From: Acanthaster planci
Taxonomy: Eukaryota
NCBI RefSeq assembly: GCF_001949145.1
Contig: NW_019091360.1
Location: 4,150,693 to 4,214,012 of the forward strand
Direction of reading: 5' to 3'
DNA: 63,320 nt
Every line of letters starts with the position of its first letter. Positions within the stretch are counted from its first letter, which is position 1. Shown here piece by piece: positions 37,301 to 52,018 of the stretch. Below the pieces are notes generated by a model, which was not told the DNA's origin, ran no database searches, and saw nothing but the letters and a program-made list of their open reading frames with translations. A program made the translations under genes and the position numbers.

Positions 37301-40300
37301 TAACTATAGCTGGTTAATATTTTGGGTTTGAAAATGCACTCAAAACCTGTTTATGTACAAGTTTAAGGTACCGCCCCTATTATTACATAATGGTAGCGGA
37401 CTAACGGTCATTGCAATAACAAGATCTGGACGTAACTTGGAAACCATCGGGAGATTTTTATGATCAATTGCAAATTGCAAATAATCAAAATTTACCGAGC
37501 ATGAGCACAATACACGCAGCGTAAATTTTAAGAATTCTTTCTTTCTACTATCTTGTACTTTTCAAGCGATGAAACCGGTCTCTAATGGCCCAATTTGATT
37601 CCCACAAACTTAAAGTGGCGCAATTGCACCAAAGACGTAATGTGTGGAAACTCTGTGTTTGGCAAGTGGGAAAATACATGCCTGACCACATCTGGCAAGT
37701 GATGTTTTGTTTGGCGAAATCTGAAAGAGCCGTTGAAGTACGGAAGAATCTATTTCTAATGAGGGGCATTAACTTCCCCGTTACGGATCACCAAAGATTG
37801 TAGATGCAACAGAATGGCTGCGGAAACCTGCTCAGCATTCTGGCAAGAACAAGTTATTTCTTTTGAACTGAAATACAGCAGTGAACACCGAGTTGAGAAA
37901 AAGTTCATCTGGGTTGTAGTTCTGAAATAATGATGACGTAGTTAGCAGTTATTTTCCAAGTCAAAAAAACAAACTGATCTGCAAGGCATACTTACCCATA
38001 TTGATTTTATCGTTCCCAATCTAGCCAGTTCCACATTAATACTCTGAGTATTAGTGACAAGCAGTGCAGCTATCAGCTTGCACACTTGCAGGCGGACAGC
38101 TCCAAATGGAGGGGAGAGTTGACCTACTGTGGTTGGCATGGGATCTTGCTGTAAAAACAAAAAGTACCACATTCATGATAGCTTTAGAGAAAGGCGTGGC
38201 TACAGTAAGACCTGTGACAATGGTGGTGGGGGGACCTTTTTTATTTGTGTAAAGTTTGAGATACATAAACAGTCCACAGTCGATATGAAGAACATAGTTG
38301 TAACAAAATAGGTACCGTTATAAAGTGCAAATTCTGCAAATCCTGATTTCTTGAATTCTTATTTTCAACTTTTTATCACAAAGTCCTGGTTGTAGCATAG
38401 CAATTTGTCTAGTCCGTACAACATTTTACAACAAGAGTTGACAATAGTTCTAATTAGCAAGCTATTTATAGCTCTCAGCTAGTAATTTGTAACATGATTG
38501 TAAGCTCTAAACACTCTTGCACCACACAATGATCTTTTAACACCATTACCTACTTCCTGCGTCAGATTCCAGGAAAGTTTACACAATGGCTTTTTGCACT
38601 GTATTTCATTGCATAAGTTTAAATTACGACACATTCAATAAAGTTCAACAAATGTCAAAACTTGAGATTTCACCAACAAATTCTAGCGTTAACATCAATT
38701 CATTGATCTGGTATGAGTTACACCACACAGATCAGAAAAGGGCAATTTACTAACTAATCATGTTTGCTGTGAGGCTCGTCAATGGCCAACTTAGTGAGGA
38801 TTTTACAAGAAATGCACATCTGTGTTTTATGGGATGGTAATATGCTGATTTGACTGTGAGAGAACTTTAAGATTTGCTGCCCAGTTCTGATGAAAACAAA
38901 ACTTTTTAAAAGTAGCAGTTGCGGCTACATGTAATGAACGTTTAATGGCAGCAGAATGAACAGGTGTTACATGTACAAATGCTGTGAACGCCCTTGTCCA
39001 AGACGCATGTAAAACCTTATCATGAGTAGCTAGGAGACTTTGTGTGAAATCAATTCTAAGTGCACTGCTATGCCACAACATTTGTTGTATACAGTTTACG
39101 CATGGTGCAAGGTTATGCAGGTTGTATATATCAGATGCAGGATTTCTAAAATCAATTCTTGGCAGTTTATATCACAACTGCAAAGTGTCTGTAACAAACA
39201 GGGCCAGCTTCACACAAACTCTGACCGGTACAAATGGAAACATTCTGCATATCGGTCCCCCTCCCTAAAATGTTATAGCCCAATGGTTATCACAATGTAA
39301 CTTAGCAAGCAAACGCTACTCAGATAGTTTCTATTTCGCATAAAGCCAAATTCCCGAACTGCAAGAAACATATCCTGAACTTGACAGGACAGTCATTACG
39401 AGTGGTCTTACATACCTCGGGAGGGTCCGTCAATAACTGGTGAAGTTCGGGTAGCTGAGGTACGATTGCCTTCAGAGTCCCACTCACACCATGAGCCAAT
39501 CTCTCAGCATCTAAAGCAGTCATTTGTTCCTGTCCCTCGGGCCTAAAGAAAGACAATACCATGCTGGTAAGGGAGGAAGCAGAAGAATGAAGCTTGAAAA
39601 GACAGGTGAAATACCAGCATGCCAACAAGAAATTGCTTCTTCAGTCTGCTTTTGCTATACATTCTTCCAAACTGCAAAACAAAATCTCAACATGCAATTC
39701 CTGTTTTTTCCTTCCCCTTTACCTTTTTTTCCTCCAAATTAATGAAAGTTTCATGTACCTGTAAGGTGAAATGCATTCCCATACCAATCAGTGACTCAAA
39801 TACAACTGGGGACTGAAGAAGCAATTTGAACCTGTTTGTAAAGCAATGTGTGCACAGCATGTGATAAAACAAAAGGCTTTGTTTTTGCACATATATAAGG
39901 CATGAAATTAAAGACAGGAATCGATATCAATGGGTGCTAATGGAAATGAGAGCTAGAGCTATACAAATGTTAAGTCAGTGTGATGTCTGTCATTTTCCAA
40001 ACCACTTGTGGTTTTTGTCTGACCAAAAGCAGAAATGATCGGACAATGGAGAAAGTAAACACAAGGAGTAAGAACGAAGTCCCTACAGACCCTAATTTGA
40101 TTAACCGCTCCGGTCTGCTCCACAGACAAAGTGTGGTTACCGGCCCCAGGGTTGAAGACCCTAGACATTCTTCGTACACAGTGATCGCCACCGCCAGGTT
40201 TCACTGCGGCATACTGGACTAAATACACGGTGGAAAACGTGCACGTAAGAAAATGCCCAGTTCTCTTCAGTCAGTGAGAAATCCCTTCAGATGCGCTCAA

Positions 40301-43300
40301 AAATTCCGAATCCGAGTTGGTTATTTGGCAAAAGTAGGACGTTTTTAAAGTCAGTTATGACATTTTGCGGTTCTGGTGGTAGAGAAAAAAATACCCAAAA
40401 TATGAACTGTGATATTTATATCATAAGTCGCAATCCTAGTGGTTCCTACAGTTAAAAGAAGGTGGAAACATGCCACAGGAATACATTTGACAACGTGGCG
40501 AGGTTTCATGCGTGGTCAATAGTGGCCAATGACAGGAAGGACAACGAATCTTCCCATTTTTTTGTGTTTTTTTTTAATTTGCCTCCGGACCAGCTACATT
40601 CTTTCAGTTTTCTTGTGGCGTATTTTTGGAGACTTTGTGCTAGTAATTCTGTTTGTTTAGAGAGATGTTTTGGGATGTAAAGACGTAACCAGACTTTCAT
40701 TATCATTGGAATATCAGAACAATCACTAACATTATCAAAATTTAAGTCTCCGTTGACGGTGGTTTCTGTCTCATGGCGGCCATGTTGAACCTGCGGAAGT
40801 GTTATGGACACGCATGTGCAGTACCCATAATCCTTTGCACATACAACTCCGAGCATTCCTTACAGCTCGCAAGCGGTGCGGAATTCGTTTTGTCCGTGCA
40901 GCACGTGCAGTGCTTGCGGTGGCCATCATTGACCATTTTGACCTCGATATGTGCTTACTCCTTGTGTATAATAGTTCCATGATTGGACAAAGTGTCCAAA
41001 GAAAATGTACATGTACAAGTCCTACCAACAAAAACTTCCCGGTGTTTTTGCTCTGGTTTGTCTCACAACACTGTGGCCCATCAAAAGCTGGTAAAGTTAG
41101 CATCAAACTGATCCTACTAGTATGTTTTCCCGACCATTTTGTGGGGCCAAATTTCAGAAGCTTCATTATTGTTATCTATGGATGAATACTTGGGTGGATT
41201 TAAGCCAAGCGATGAGCTACATGAGACTTCAAAGATAACCAACAAGTTGGGAAGCTCACACAGCTCACACAGGTAACTGGAAGCCTAGTGAAATGAGATA
41301 TTCACTACTATGCAACCTAAAGCCCAGTTCATACTTCACGCAAAAGCCAATGCAAAGTGAATTTCATGACATCAGCAACTGAAGTTCCATCGTGATGTGT
41401 GTGATTTCCCCCACAAATTCACTCCGCATTCTCTTCTCGCCTGAAGTATGAACCGGCCTTAACATTGCATCAATTCAGCCAATGTCATACTCTCAAGCAT
41501 TTCGGTTCAATTCTACATGTAACTCTTCATGGCTGTTTCGGCTGAATATCACATATAATCTTGGGCTTATCTGTGCTAGCACATCTTTGCATTTGGATAC
41601 TAATGTTAGCTGGGGGCAGGAGACAGGTTCCTTGACAGGATGTTCTCCATCATAAACCAATAGGTGTTCAAGTGCCACACCAAATTGGTCATTTCCTGCC
41701 CTCTTTCCACAGCCAATATCAAGCAATACAAAGTCATGAAAGGATAAGGAAGGAGGATGATGATTAGTAAACGCTTGCACCGGCTTAAGCCACAGCAACA
41801 ATACAGCATTTGACACTTGACAGGTTTCAAAGTATCAGGTGATGTTTTGAACGTCTTGGTTTACTCTCCCTGATTCAGAGGAATACAAGTGTTTGAAACA
41901 ACAACTATGGTTGGTATACTACGGACAGTACTGTTGGATGAGTGTGGATATGGAGTTTATTTTACATAAATAGAATTGTTCAAATCGTAAATGACAAATT
42001 TAGGTCAAACTGACATCATGCATGCAACAGGTGACAATGCTTGACAAAGCAGCAACCTTGCCTGGATACCACACACAAGTTCAAGCAATTCTGTTTAAGA
42101 CAGTACTGGTGTGTACACAACTACATGTACATCAGTTCCATGGGCACTCCTTAATTCATTATTCAAAGGAAAGGCCATCTCTGGCTAATAAGTCTATGCG
42201 AGGATTGTTGAGGGCGCTATGCAATCTAGTACCAAGAGCCTAGTGGTAAAGGGCACTTTTTGGAGTTGAAGTCAGTCCTTAATGTAAACAGTACACAGTA
42301 TCATGTTAGCCATTTTCTGTTGTAGGGAAGGGATATAAGAAAGGAAACCAGAGGTCGTTTCACAACAGTGCATAGGATGATTAAGCTTCCTTTTGTACAT
42401 GTACACACAGTATAATGCAGCCAAGGGAATTCTGTGTGTGGTTTAGATTTCATCAGAAAATTCCACACACTGACTCAGATCACCAGTTCACAGGGATTTC
42501 CCTGTCCAGGCAAGTCACTGCCATGCTGTGTACAACCTACAATACACTTCCTCACAGATAACCTTGAAATTTATTTTCCTTCCCACTGAAACACACAAAA
42601 TTGTCAAATTTATGAATAATCCACAAAACTTTCTTCTTCATTTTGGTTTATCAACTTAAAAGTTAACACGAGAGAGTTTGTATTTGTGAACTTTTCCTGA
42701 TTCAAACCATGGATTTTTTAAGTTTAAGTAAATTAGGCCGGCAATATTTCCTCCACTTCAGAAAGTTCTAAGGGGAAGAGGAACGGAGGAAAACAGCACA
42801 CAATATGCTAATTTGATCTGACAAATCTGACTGCATTACCACAACAAAGCACATCAATCACGGCAAATGCAAATAATATTCAACTTGAACAATTCACCCA
42901 CTGTTACATGCACATCAGAATGATCTGCTCACAACCAAATCGATAAATGTTGATAAAATAAATCAGGTGCACACACATAAAGGGTTACTTGGAATCACAC
43001 AAAATCACAATCACTGGTGCGTAATGAACATACCCTTGTTTTTTGAATTCCAAGAGAGCCAGGAGGACACAGACGCCATTCACTAGAGCAGATTTGGATT
43101 TCTTTCCATGAAACATGTGCTCCAGCAACTCGGCTACAGTTTCTTGCCTTCAAACACAAAGACAAAAAGATAACCAATTAGGAATCTCTTTGCTGCACAC
43201 AACGAAGGGAAAGAACTTTGTCTAAAGCTATTTCCAACGCTCGGGATATTTTCTGATATGGTTCATTCTTCCTCCAAACTGAAGGGCCAAAATGAAGGGC

Positions 43301-46300
43301 CAAAACCTCGCACACTTTTGCATTTTTTTCCTGACATGTCATAAGCAAGATGCAGGACTGGGATATACTGTTATAACTTCCATATTCATAAACCACAAGC
43401 CAACATCTAGTCAGACAGAAAAAAAATACTTTCAAAAGATCAACAAATTTTGAATAATATAACTGGCATATGCACGTCTGATGGCAAGTCTTCTAAGAGA
43501 TCCGTAACATTTTAAGTTTTTGTTTTCTTTGACGAGACTTGCACAACAATAATTAAAGGGACTGATACAGTTGTGTAGTAGTCACGTCCAAATTTGTCAT
43601 GGGACGTGTGAGCCTTGCAGGGGGCAGGGGAAGGGAGAGCTTTCCTGTAGGGTGGGGTCAGATGCTTCAGATTGGCTATTCATGGACAGCAACTAATAAG
43701 GTCAATGGCTCAGGATATTGTAAGTGGACTTCAAGGTTGACAAGAGCGTTCCTTGTAGTTATATTCTAATTGCTTAATCAAAGGGGTGAGGAAAGCCTTT
43801 CAAAGTCAGGAACACATTTAAACTGTTGGCGAAGGAAGGCTGCTTGCAACTTGTAACAGTTCACAACCACATGAGAAGGAAGTTACGTAGGTGGAACAAG
43901 TAATCAGGTGTGCTTCAAACATGAAAGCCCAACATCACCTTTCCATTATAGTTTAGTGACTCTTACTGATATTCAATAAGAAAACTTTTTCCAACAGTCA
44001 AATACAAACTGAATTTCTTATAAAGATGAAGAGCATAATGTAATTTTTACTGTAAACCCATGCACACTTGATTTACCAAAAATAAAATTACTAACTGATA
44101 TTAAATATCATATTCCATGTCCATGTAGACTATCATGCCAATGTGGAAATTTATAAAAACCACCACGGCCATGATCAGTCAGTAAGCAAGCCAGCATCTC
44201 ACAAAATGAAGGATCTACTTACTTCTCTAATGTGGTGAGCAGTGGATCACTTTCAGCACACTCCTGTAGCTGTGACATGTGTTCCCTGGTGATACGCACG
44301 ATATCACACAGAGTCTGTGCTGCATTGCTGTGTTTGTCATCCGTCTCTTCTGGATCAATCAGATCCACTAATCGCTGGATGAACTTCTGCTCGTTCAGCC
44401 ACTGTCAATGACAAAATACAGCATACGTTTCTACATCTGACGTGTTCTCATCAACCGAGACTGACACACTTTATGTCTTCAACTCTCATCACAACAAAGT
44501 AAAAGGGACTAGAAAAATTACGCCGTTATATCCAGGAGTGGGTAAAAAAAAACAAGAAGTGCAGAGAGAAAATTTAAGAATTGGGACTCTCAGGATTTGC
44601 CCTTGCTAGTATTTTGTTGTAAATATTCTTCCTGAGAATTGACTGCACTTGTAATTGGGCGTATGTCAAAATACTGATCATAGTGACCAAACTAAAGCTA
44701 ATGAATGGATATACAATCCATTGTTTCCTGGAATCCTTACCTCAAGGAATTCCTGCCTGACCTCTCGGCTCTCTATGCACGTGATTAGCCTCAGGAGGAG
44801 ATCCATGATGGCGGATGTGCCTAAATGATTCAGGAGAATGCTGATGGAGTTGTCTTTGCTTTTGAGGTGATCTATGACAACCTCCGGTCTCCGAACCAGG
44901 AGCGAGCCGATAGTTTTGCTGAAGAAGCTGGCTAGTAGTGGGTTGAGAGGAGGTTCGTGGTCTAGGAAACTCCACAGTGCATTCATTGCAGACTATAAGA
45001 AACAATCACAGCGAAACATGTTATTATTCACCATTTCCATTTCTACACACCATATGGTACATAGACCACTCTTATTTACCCTGCAATTTGTATGAGTGGC
45101 CAAAGTGTGCAGAAAACTCATTCTCCCGTTGGTTTTCAATTTTACGTCGCATTTGTTCAAAACGCAGATTTACTTTCAAAGGGTTGCATTTTCATTCGTT
45201 ATACAGTAGTACGTGTATTATATTATGTGGTGTTTTGATAGGACGTGGGATTTCGGACACTTTTTAAGTTATTTTTATCCATTTATACTGACAACCAGCT
45301 GTAACTTTTGCAGCCACTAGTAGGAAAAGACACAAATGTAATGTCAAAAGAGCACACCGTATTTGTTACGACTAACAACCCTTGACTTTTGTTCAATCAA
45401 GGATGTACATGTAGACAGACTAACAGGAAACAAAGTCTATATCACTGGCATCAAAGCCCCACATTCTAGGAGACTCAGCACTCTGACAACACTTACTTCA
45501 GTCTCTGCCAGTTTATCACTGATTGCTCCTACTTCTGATGTCAGTAGCTCACAAGCCATGTTAGGATGCTTGTACTGTAGTTGCTCTTCTAATTCACCCG
45601 AGGGTTCTTTGGTGATGTAAGAAATCAACTCATCCATGACTTCCGTTCGGATGAGGCTAAAAGAAACAGGAAAAGGTGACCAAATTTGTTAAATTGGCTT
45701 GAACAATTCCTTTTTTACAAAGTACAAGGTATCTGGGAGGTAATTTTGATATCAACAATTCTTGACAACCAGCACTAAATTTAAGCATTTAAAAAAAAAA
45801 CTGTTTAACATGTTGAAACTTCTACTTACAAACATGCAAAAGTGCCCTTCATTACATAAACTTCTTTACTGCAACATTATACTGCTGGGTTTTTGTAACT
45901 CCGCAAGTGATAATATGATTTAAATAAATGAAAGATATTAAGCTGTTAGAAGCACTGATGCAGCATACTCACAAGTCAATGAGTTTCTTGTTTTGAGCCT
46001 TGCATTCTTGAAGGATATCATCCTCATCAAGAAGTTCCATTAATGTCACATCCTGTAAATCCATTCCAAAGTCAGGATTATTCAACGGAACAAAGACACA
46101 GCTCAGAATATGTTGCCTTTCTGATTGTTATCATTTTTCAATGATATGGCCCACAGGAAACCAGCATAGAGTGTTATGGTTACTGGGAAACATCAGCTGA
46201 GTTAATACATCCTACACGACAGCCAGCACCAAATATGAACAATGGAAACACACTGGAAACATTCATATCAACGTTAATTTTAAACATAATGACTAAACTT

Positions 46301-49300
46301 TCTGCACTGTTTGAACATTCCAGTCTTTTTTTCTTAATAATGCTCAAATTTCTAATGCATACTTTTTAGAATTTAATAATGTTACATTTTGAAACATATA
46401 ACTTTGTCTAAAGGATTTTTTGGAAACCAGAATCAGGCACTGCAAGAATCGCGATCAGAGCAAATTAAATTTGGTCTTTATGTTAACTCAAGATACACTG
46501 GTGAATGCAGAGCATGTCTGTGGCACATCACAAGATTTTACTTGAGCCCCAAGGCAGACTTTGTAACAAACTACCGGTATATGTATAGAGCCAATGATTT
46601 TCTGTTTCAAAATCGGGCACTTTCCGTTTTGCAAAATCCCAAACTCCACTTCAGGAATTCAAATTCCGTTTCATACCTCAGTAAGCATAAAAAAGGAGAG
46701 CAAGTTATTAAACTTACTATGCTTAATACGTGGTTAATTCATGTGTCACTCCTTGTGGAAAAATCAGATTACATTTATGTACATGTACAGTGCAGTCATA
46801 GAGTAGGTTGTGCACGCAACAGCAGTTGATAACATGTTAATGTTGGACATTGAACCGCCATTTTTATTTGGCAGTGGTGCAACGAAATTTGGAAAATTAA
46901 CATCAAATCTGGGCCTTTAAATGCATGTTTGTGAGTGAAACCTTTGCTCTTTGTCAAAGTCTTCCAAGTGCCTATTTAGCTATGGTACACCTATGGTACT
47001 AGGTTTCATTTAATTCAAGACAAATGCAATTTGTCTTCCATTTTACTGCCACGGTTTGATCGTTTTGCCGTGCGGTACTAGCCTTGTCTCAAGGCATTTA
47101 TGCAAACTCACAGACTGAATTCCCCACATAAGCAATAAGCATATGTGTGAGCATGAACCTGTTATGTACGATGATTTCATTGCGAGTACGGTGCACATGT
47201 GAACGGCCAAAGTGTGCACCCCGGCGCTGTATGTACATGTATTTCAAATACCGGTATCGGCTGACCCAACCATGTGCTGGAGTGGTGCAATGTAGTAAGT
47301 TTCCACCATAATTTGTTCGTTAACCCTAACCGTCCTCAATCCTTCACCTGTTGGAGGACTGAGGACTGTTAGGGTTAATTAAATAAGCAGGAAGGCATTT
47401 TTTTTTCAGTACCGTACAGAAAGTTTTCTTAACTTTTTAAGGCATGCTTACTGGAGAATTTAGCATTTCAAGCAATGGCTTCTATTTCAAGGTGTTGATT
47501 CCCCAAATTCCGTCTGTTTTCCGCAATCACGGAAAATCAGTGGTCTACGTGTATGTGTACATTGAAATGTAAGTGTTGGCAGCAGATGAAGCAGCTTAGT
47601 GGATTTCACTTGATTTAATCTGATTATCTGTAACTTACACAAATAAGCTCACTTTATTGGGAGGAGTGACTCATTTGTAGTTTACAGTTTTCTTTCATAC
47701 TTTATCATTCAAAATGGAGACTGGAATAATCAAAACGTATTTCTGAATTTTATAAAAGAAAGTACATGTACTGATCAGCTTAACTAAGGATGTCTTATCA
47801 CCAAGTTACAAATACAGTAACCTTCACTGACATCATGTTTGCACTTTGGCCAAACTAAACAGTTTGTAGTGTGTGTGTTCAAGTGGTTGATTCTGTGGCT
47901 TCTGATAGGGGGAACCATGAACTGCAGGTAGTTCTGCTACATGCTGAACTTTGTACAGAAATTTGATAACAGAAAGATTTGAAATTTGCATTTCGTAAAC
48001 CAGTGTACAGTTGACACATGTCCGTAGGATGGGGATGATTCTGGCAAGTGTAAACTGTACAATTATGCCGTAATAAGGTCAAGCCCCCCCAACAGACACT
48101 TATGGATAAAAACAAACACAATTTATGATTATTTTTACTGAACTAATCACAGAAGAGGGCATCACAAAGCAAACATGAAACTTTCAACTTATGATATTTA
48201 TGTATCTGCCACCACCAGACATCTCTGCTTACCATTCAGGCATCCATAAAAATATAAAGGTGACACTTTATACTCAAGCCAGAAATGCTATATTTGTCTT
48301 CACTTAAATATGTAAATCCAACTGAACAGGTGCAACACTGCATGACTTCACACAGAGGGCAAACATCCTGACATGTACAATGGATATACAGATGACATTA
48401 GCACAGATTGTTTCAACGATAAATCTTGAATAGAACTGCTTTCTGTATGTGCCAGTAATACTGTACTATGGGTGACTTTGGTAGAATAACTGGTCCATCA
48501 AGAACAGATCTACTGATCCAGTCAGTGATTAGTGCTTGACTGCAATGTACAGGTACTCAATTCCTGAATTGCTGCCTGAAACAAGTCTAAATACTGAAAT
48601 GATTTCTTTTTACCAACAAGGGTAGTCAAGTTGATACAGAGGTACTAACTCTGTAATCCCTTTGAGGTCAATTGGATCAGGATTCAATTACTTGACAAAA
48701 CACAGTAAGCTATAAAACCTTGACTGAGTTTTGAAGACTGAGCCACTAGAGACCACAACGACACTGAAATACAGTGGCTTCATTCAACTGGAAAAAGTTC
48801 ATGTATCTGTAACTTCTGCAACTTCCAGAAAAGTAACAAATTTTAGTTTTGATGTTTTCACTCACTCTGAATTTTCATTACAGGCCTCTCAAAAACAGGG
48901 TCCACACTGTCGGCCAAGGGATTTTTTTAGGGGGGGGTAATTTTTTGGGCTGATTGAATGGGGTATTTATTATACAACCTTAGTTATTTCCACTTGCCCT
49001 ACAGAAGCTATAAAACATTAATCAATGTATGAATATTCGTCATCAATAATTCTTAAAAAGTAACGGAGAATTTACACCAACATGTGCTAGTCTAGTACAG
49101 TAAACTCCGTCCAAGTCGACATCGTACAACTCGGTAAATCGCTCAAGTCTCCCAATTAACTTTAATGCTTTTCCATTGGAACTTTTATTTCTAAGTCGGA
49201 TTTTACAAGTCGTCATTTTGCATAAGTCGGCGTGTTACTCTTCGTCCGATTCCCACCAAATCAAACAAACAAACAAACAAACACAACAAAGTCCTTTGTG

Positions 49301-50746
49301 TAAGTCGGTCTATGAAAAAAAATTCTGCATTGGCATTGACGTTTGCACTGCAGTTGGCAAGAAGAGTGTGTGAAAAGTCACATGGCAGAGTCTGTTCACT
49401 GGCATGGTCTATGATCGGTACATATTATGCGACCCAGCGCAGCGTTGTATGTCGATGCTGTCATGAACGGATTCCACACTGCCAGCACGTACACATTCAG
49501 ACAATATCACATATACGTGCCATGTAACATACATTGTACATGGACGTTTCCTGCAAAAAATATGTGCATATAATATGGCCCAAGCATGAGATGTTACATT
49601 GCAAGTAATGTTGAGATAGAGTACAGCGTGGTGGCAACGCACGAAACTTGCTGAGTGGCACACAGGTTCCTACAGCCATAAACAGCAAGAATGGCATGGA
49701 ATGGCCGGGAACCAGTGACCACCGCGACAACTCAAAGTATGTACATTTCCACACTTTGACACTCGGAAATATATGAAGCGATCAAAACTTCTGAAATACT
49801 TCAGCGAATGAATTAGTTCACTGGACTGGACTAGATTCTTGTTCATGTATATGTATTTTCTGCTTTCATATATTTCGAAGTATAGTACACGTATTTTCAG
49901 CGGTCCAGTGGAGTGCAAGCAGGCACCCCATTCACACTCAGCCTGATTGACTGCAGCACTTTACAAAATCCAATCCCATCTCAAGACTTCGGAGCATTGC
50001 AAACCATGTTGTTTTCATCGTGTCTATTCCTTCGTCCATGCTCGGACTACATGTAGATATTTTGAGCTTTGCAACTGAATCACTTACATGTAAATGTACA
50101 TACATATACACATAGGTCATCATTTCATGTACATGTACATTGTAAATCGGCAAAATGACGACCTACAGTAGGAGTCGGCCTTCAAGTAAGTCATCAGTCA
50201 CCAGTTCGAGGCAAAGCATGCCTATGGGCGGGGTGCAAAGTGTGAATAGCAACAGTGTCTTTAGCCTGGGAAATTCAAATTGTTATGTGCGTGTACAATC
50301 AGACAACTCAGTGTACCAGGTTTTATCCAAATTTAATTCGCAATGGGTTCATTACGGTACAGTTTTCAGTTGAGGATATAGTGTCAGCTAGAATGTCCAA
50401 CTCTAACAGAAAATACAAATTTTAAAAAATCACAAAATCGGTGTCAATCATGATAAACATTAATAAGCCGAATTACATCATCGCCACTGCCATCCAGCAA
50501 TCCAGCATGACCCAATCTGTACTGGATTTGATGACCTTTTGCAGAGAAGAAGAGACACATTTTAATTTCATTCAACTCAATTTAACTCCTCTGGTTCACA
50601 CTTTCTTGTTAAACTCTTTCAAATTAAGGATGCGTACATAAATTAACAGTCCTTTTAGTGTTGAATGCAGATATTTCAAACATTACCTCTTTTTCTAGTA
50701 AGGTGTCCACTTGGGACGTAGTATGAACATCAAATTTCCAGAACAT
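25360..50746 (-). CDS. PPP6R3: Serine/threonine-protein phosphatase 6 regulatory subunit (SAPS domain), about 1047 aa. Coding exons in transcript order: 50687-50746, 45973-46052, 45497-45656, 44741-44992, 44223-44401, 43034-43147, 39416-39542, 37996-38148, 35432-35560, 34253-34433, 33968-34056, 33553-33642, 30949-31046, 30078-30135, 29705-29838, 29300-29439, 28860-29028, 27717-27847, 27131-27242, 26136-26666, 25560-25652, 25360-25423
   Basis: Starts [20 protein letters not shown]. Contains [106 protein letters not shown] and ends QNGPV*. All 21 introns are GT-AG with consistent phase, totalling 3144 nt. Probably co-orthologous to PPP6R1-3. Confidence 0.95.
25735..25923 (+). repeat. Dispersed repeat, copy 2 (similar to 11900-12092)
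   Basis: Direct alignment to copy 1 by eye. Confidence 0.85.
34491..34637. mobile_element. Palindromic MITE
   Basis: Arms gtttgtttcacagggatctggatctccatcagtgatc / gatcactgattgaagatctagatctgtgtcaaacaac. Confidence 0.6.
34800..35431. repeat. Degenerate ~17-bp minisatellite (gaggctggatactagat-like), interrupted by a MITE at about 35234-35388
   Basis: More than 20 diverged units. The inserted element has TIRs cagcaaggtatgagac / gtctcatttcttgctg. Confidence 0.8.
41321..41459. mobile_element. PIF/Harbinger-like MITE
   Basis: TIRs agcccagttcatacttc / gaagtatgaaccggcct. TAA target-site duplication on both sides. Confidence 0.75.
47324..47374. mobile_element. 51-bp piggyBac-like mini-MITE
   Basis: TTAA-CCCTAACCGTCCTCAATCCTTC...GGAGGACTGAGGACTGTTAGGG-TTAA. 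Confidence 0.7.
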
Positions 50747-51453
50747 TGTGGATTGTGTTTAGAAATCTGTAAGGTGAATGAAAAAATAAGTTAGCATACA
50801 TGTGTTAAAAGCATCCAATGTCAATTCAAACTATTAATTTTGTTTGGGCAATCTGGACTGGCTACTAATTAATTCTTCCCCGGCCCCATTATCACTAGGA
50901 TTCATTAGACAATTAAGCATTTACAACCAGAGGTAGAGTTTGCCGAGTACCAGCATAGATGTAGATGTATGTAGGAATATGCATGAATCTGAACACTTTC
51001 GCCAAATGAACAACAGACAGCAACTCTATGATCTTTCCCAACTCAAGCCTCAGGGACACACATTGTGTATGTGTAGGCCCAACTGTTTCTCATCAGAATG
51101 AGCACAAAAGCCCCTTGTGTGTGCACATCATTGCTGAGTGACATCTCTCTTTCCGATGAGGATACTTGTGTGCGGAGTGCATATCAAATGTTTTACATGC
51201 TGACGTGTGTCTACATCCATTGAGCAAACTAGGTTCCACTACAAATTCATCACAACATGAAAAAGTGAGTTCACTTTCACTTCGTACCTTGGACAACTCG
51301 TACCTTGGACAACTCGTACCATCAATTCAAAATAACTGTACCAACTCTTACCTTTGCCGAGCCGTACCGTGAACAACTCGCACCTTCGCTTACAAGACAA
51401 CTCGTACCTTCAGAGAAATCAGAGCTTGCTCAGAGCTTATTATTGTTGTAATT

Positions 51454-51694
51454 GGGTCATTCCATGAGGTTGGGGCACAATTTGTGATGGTGCCCATTGT
51501 TGCATGGGTTCCATAAAAATGAACAGCTATTTCCTTGCATATGCATTCCAACTTATCTTGCAAGGCTGAATACAGAGGTGTGTGTTATTTTTACAGAGTA
51601 AATGACCCACTCTACAGGTCATGACAGGTGGTAAAAGTTACCCATGTAACAAGGACACCGTCACAAATTGTGCCCCAACCTCATGGAATGTCCC
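51454..51694. mobile_element. MITE with ~55-bp TIRs and ATT target-site duplication
   Basis: gggtcattccatgaggttggggcacaatttgtga / tcacaaattgtgccccaacctcatggaatgtccc, with att on both flanks. Related ends occur at about 36603 and 59400. Confidence 0.8.
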
Positions 51695-51796
51695 ATTTAA
51701 CTTGAACAATAATTTGATTTCTTAGTCATGTGTTCGTCACCTAATTTGCCGTTTTGGCTACAATGCCTTCCGTAAGTGCCGGTGGGGTGACATTAA

Positions 51797-52018
51797 CCCT
51801 CCTATGCCAAAGTCACTTTTTGGGTCACTTGGTAAACACCTCTGTCCTGTTGTGCACTGCACCAACTGTCCCTCAAAGGAATATCAGATTGCACTTTTGT
51901 GCTGCCCAACAACTGTGCTTCACTGTTTCATGTGACATCATNNNNNNNNNNNNNNNNNNNNNNNNNNNGAGTGACTGTGGGCACTTGTGCATATTAGTGC
52001 TGTAAAACCAAAGGAGGG
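51797..52018. mobile_element. piggyBac-like MITE (spans an assembly gap)
   Basis: TTAA-CCCTCCT ... AGGAGGG-TTAA. Confidence 0.6.

Noticed and set aside
41493..41830. Minus-strand ORFs with GQEMT, resembling the next exon's GQEQMT
   Set aside because: Similarity is limited to a few residues, with no good splice sites.
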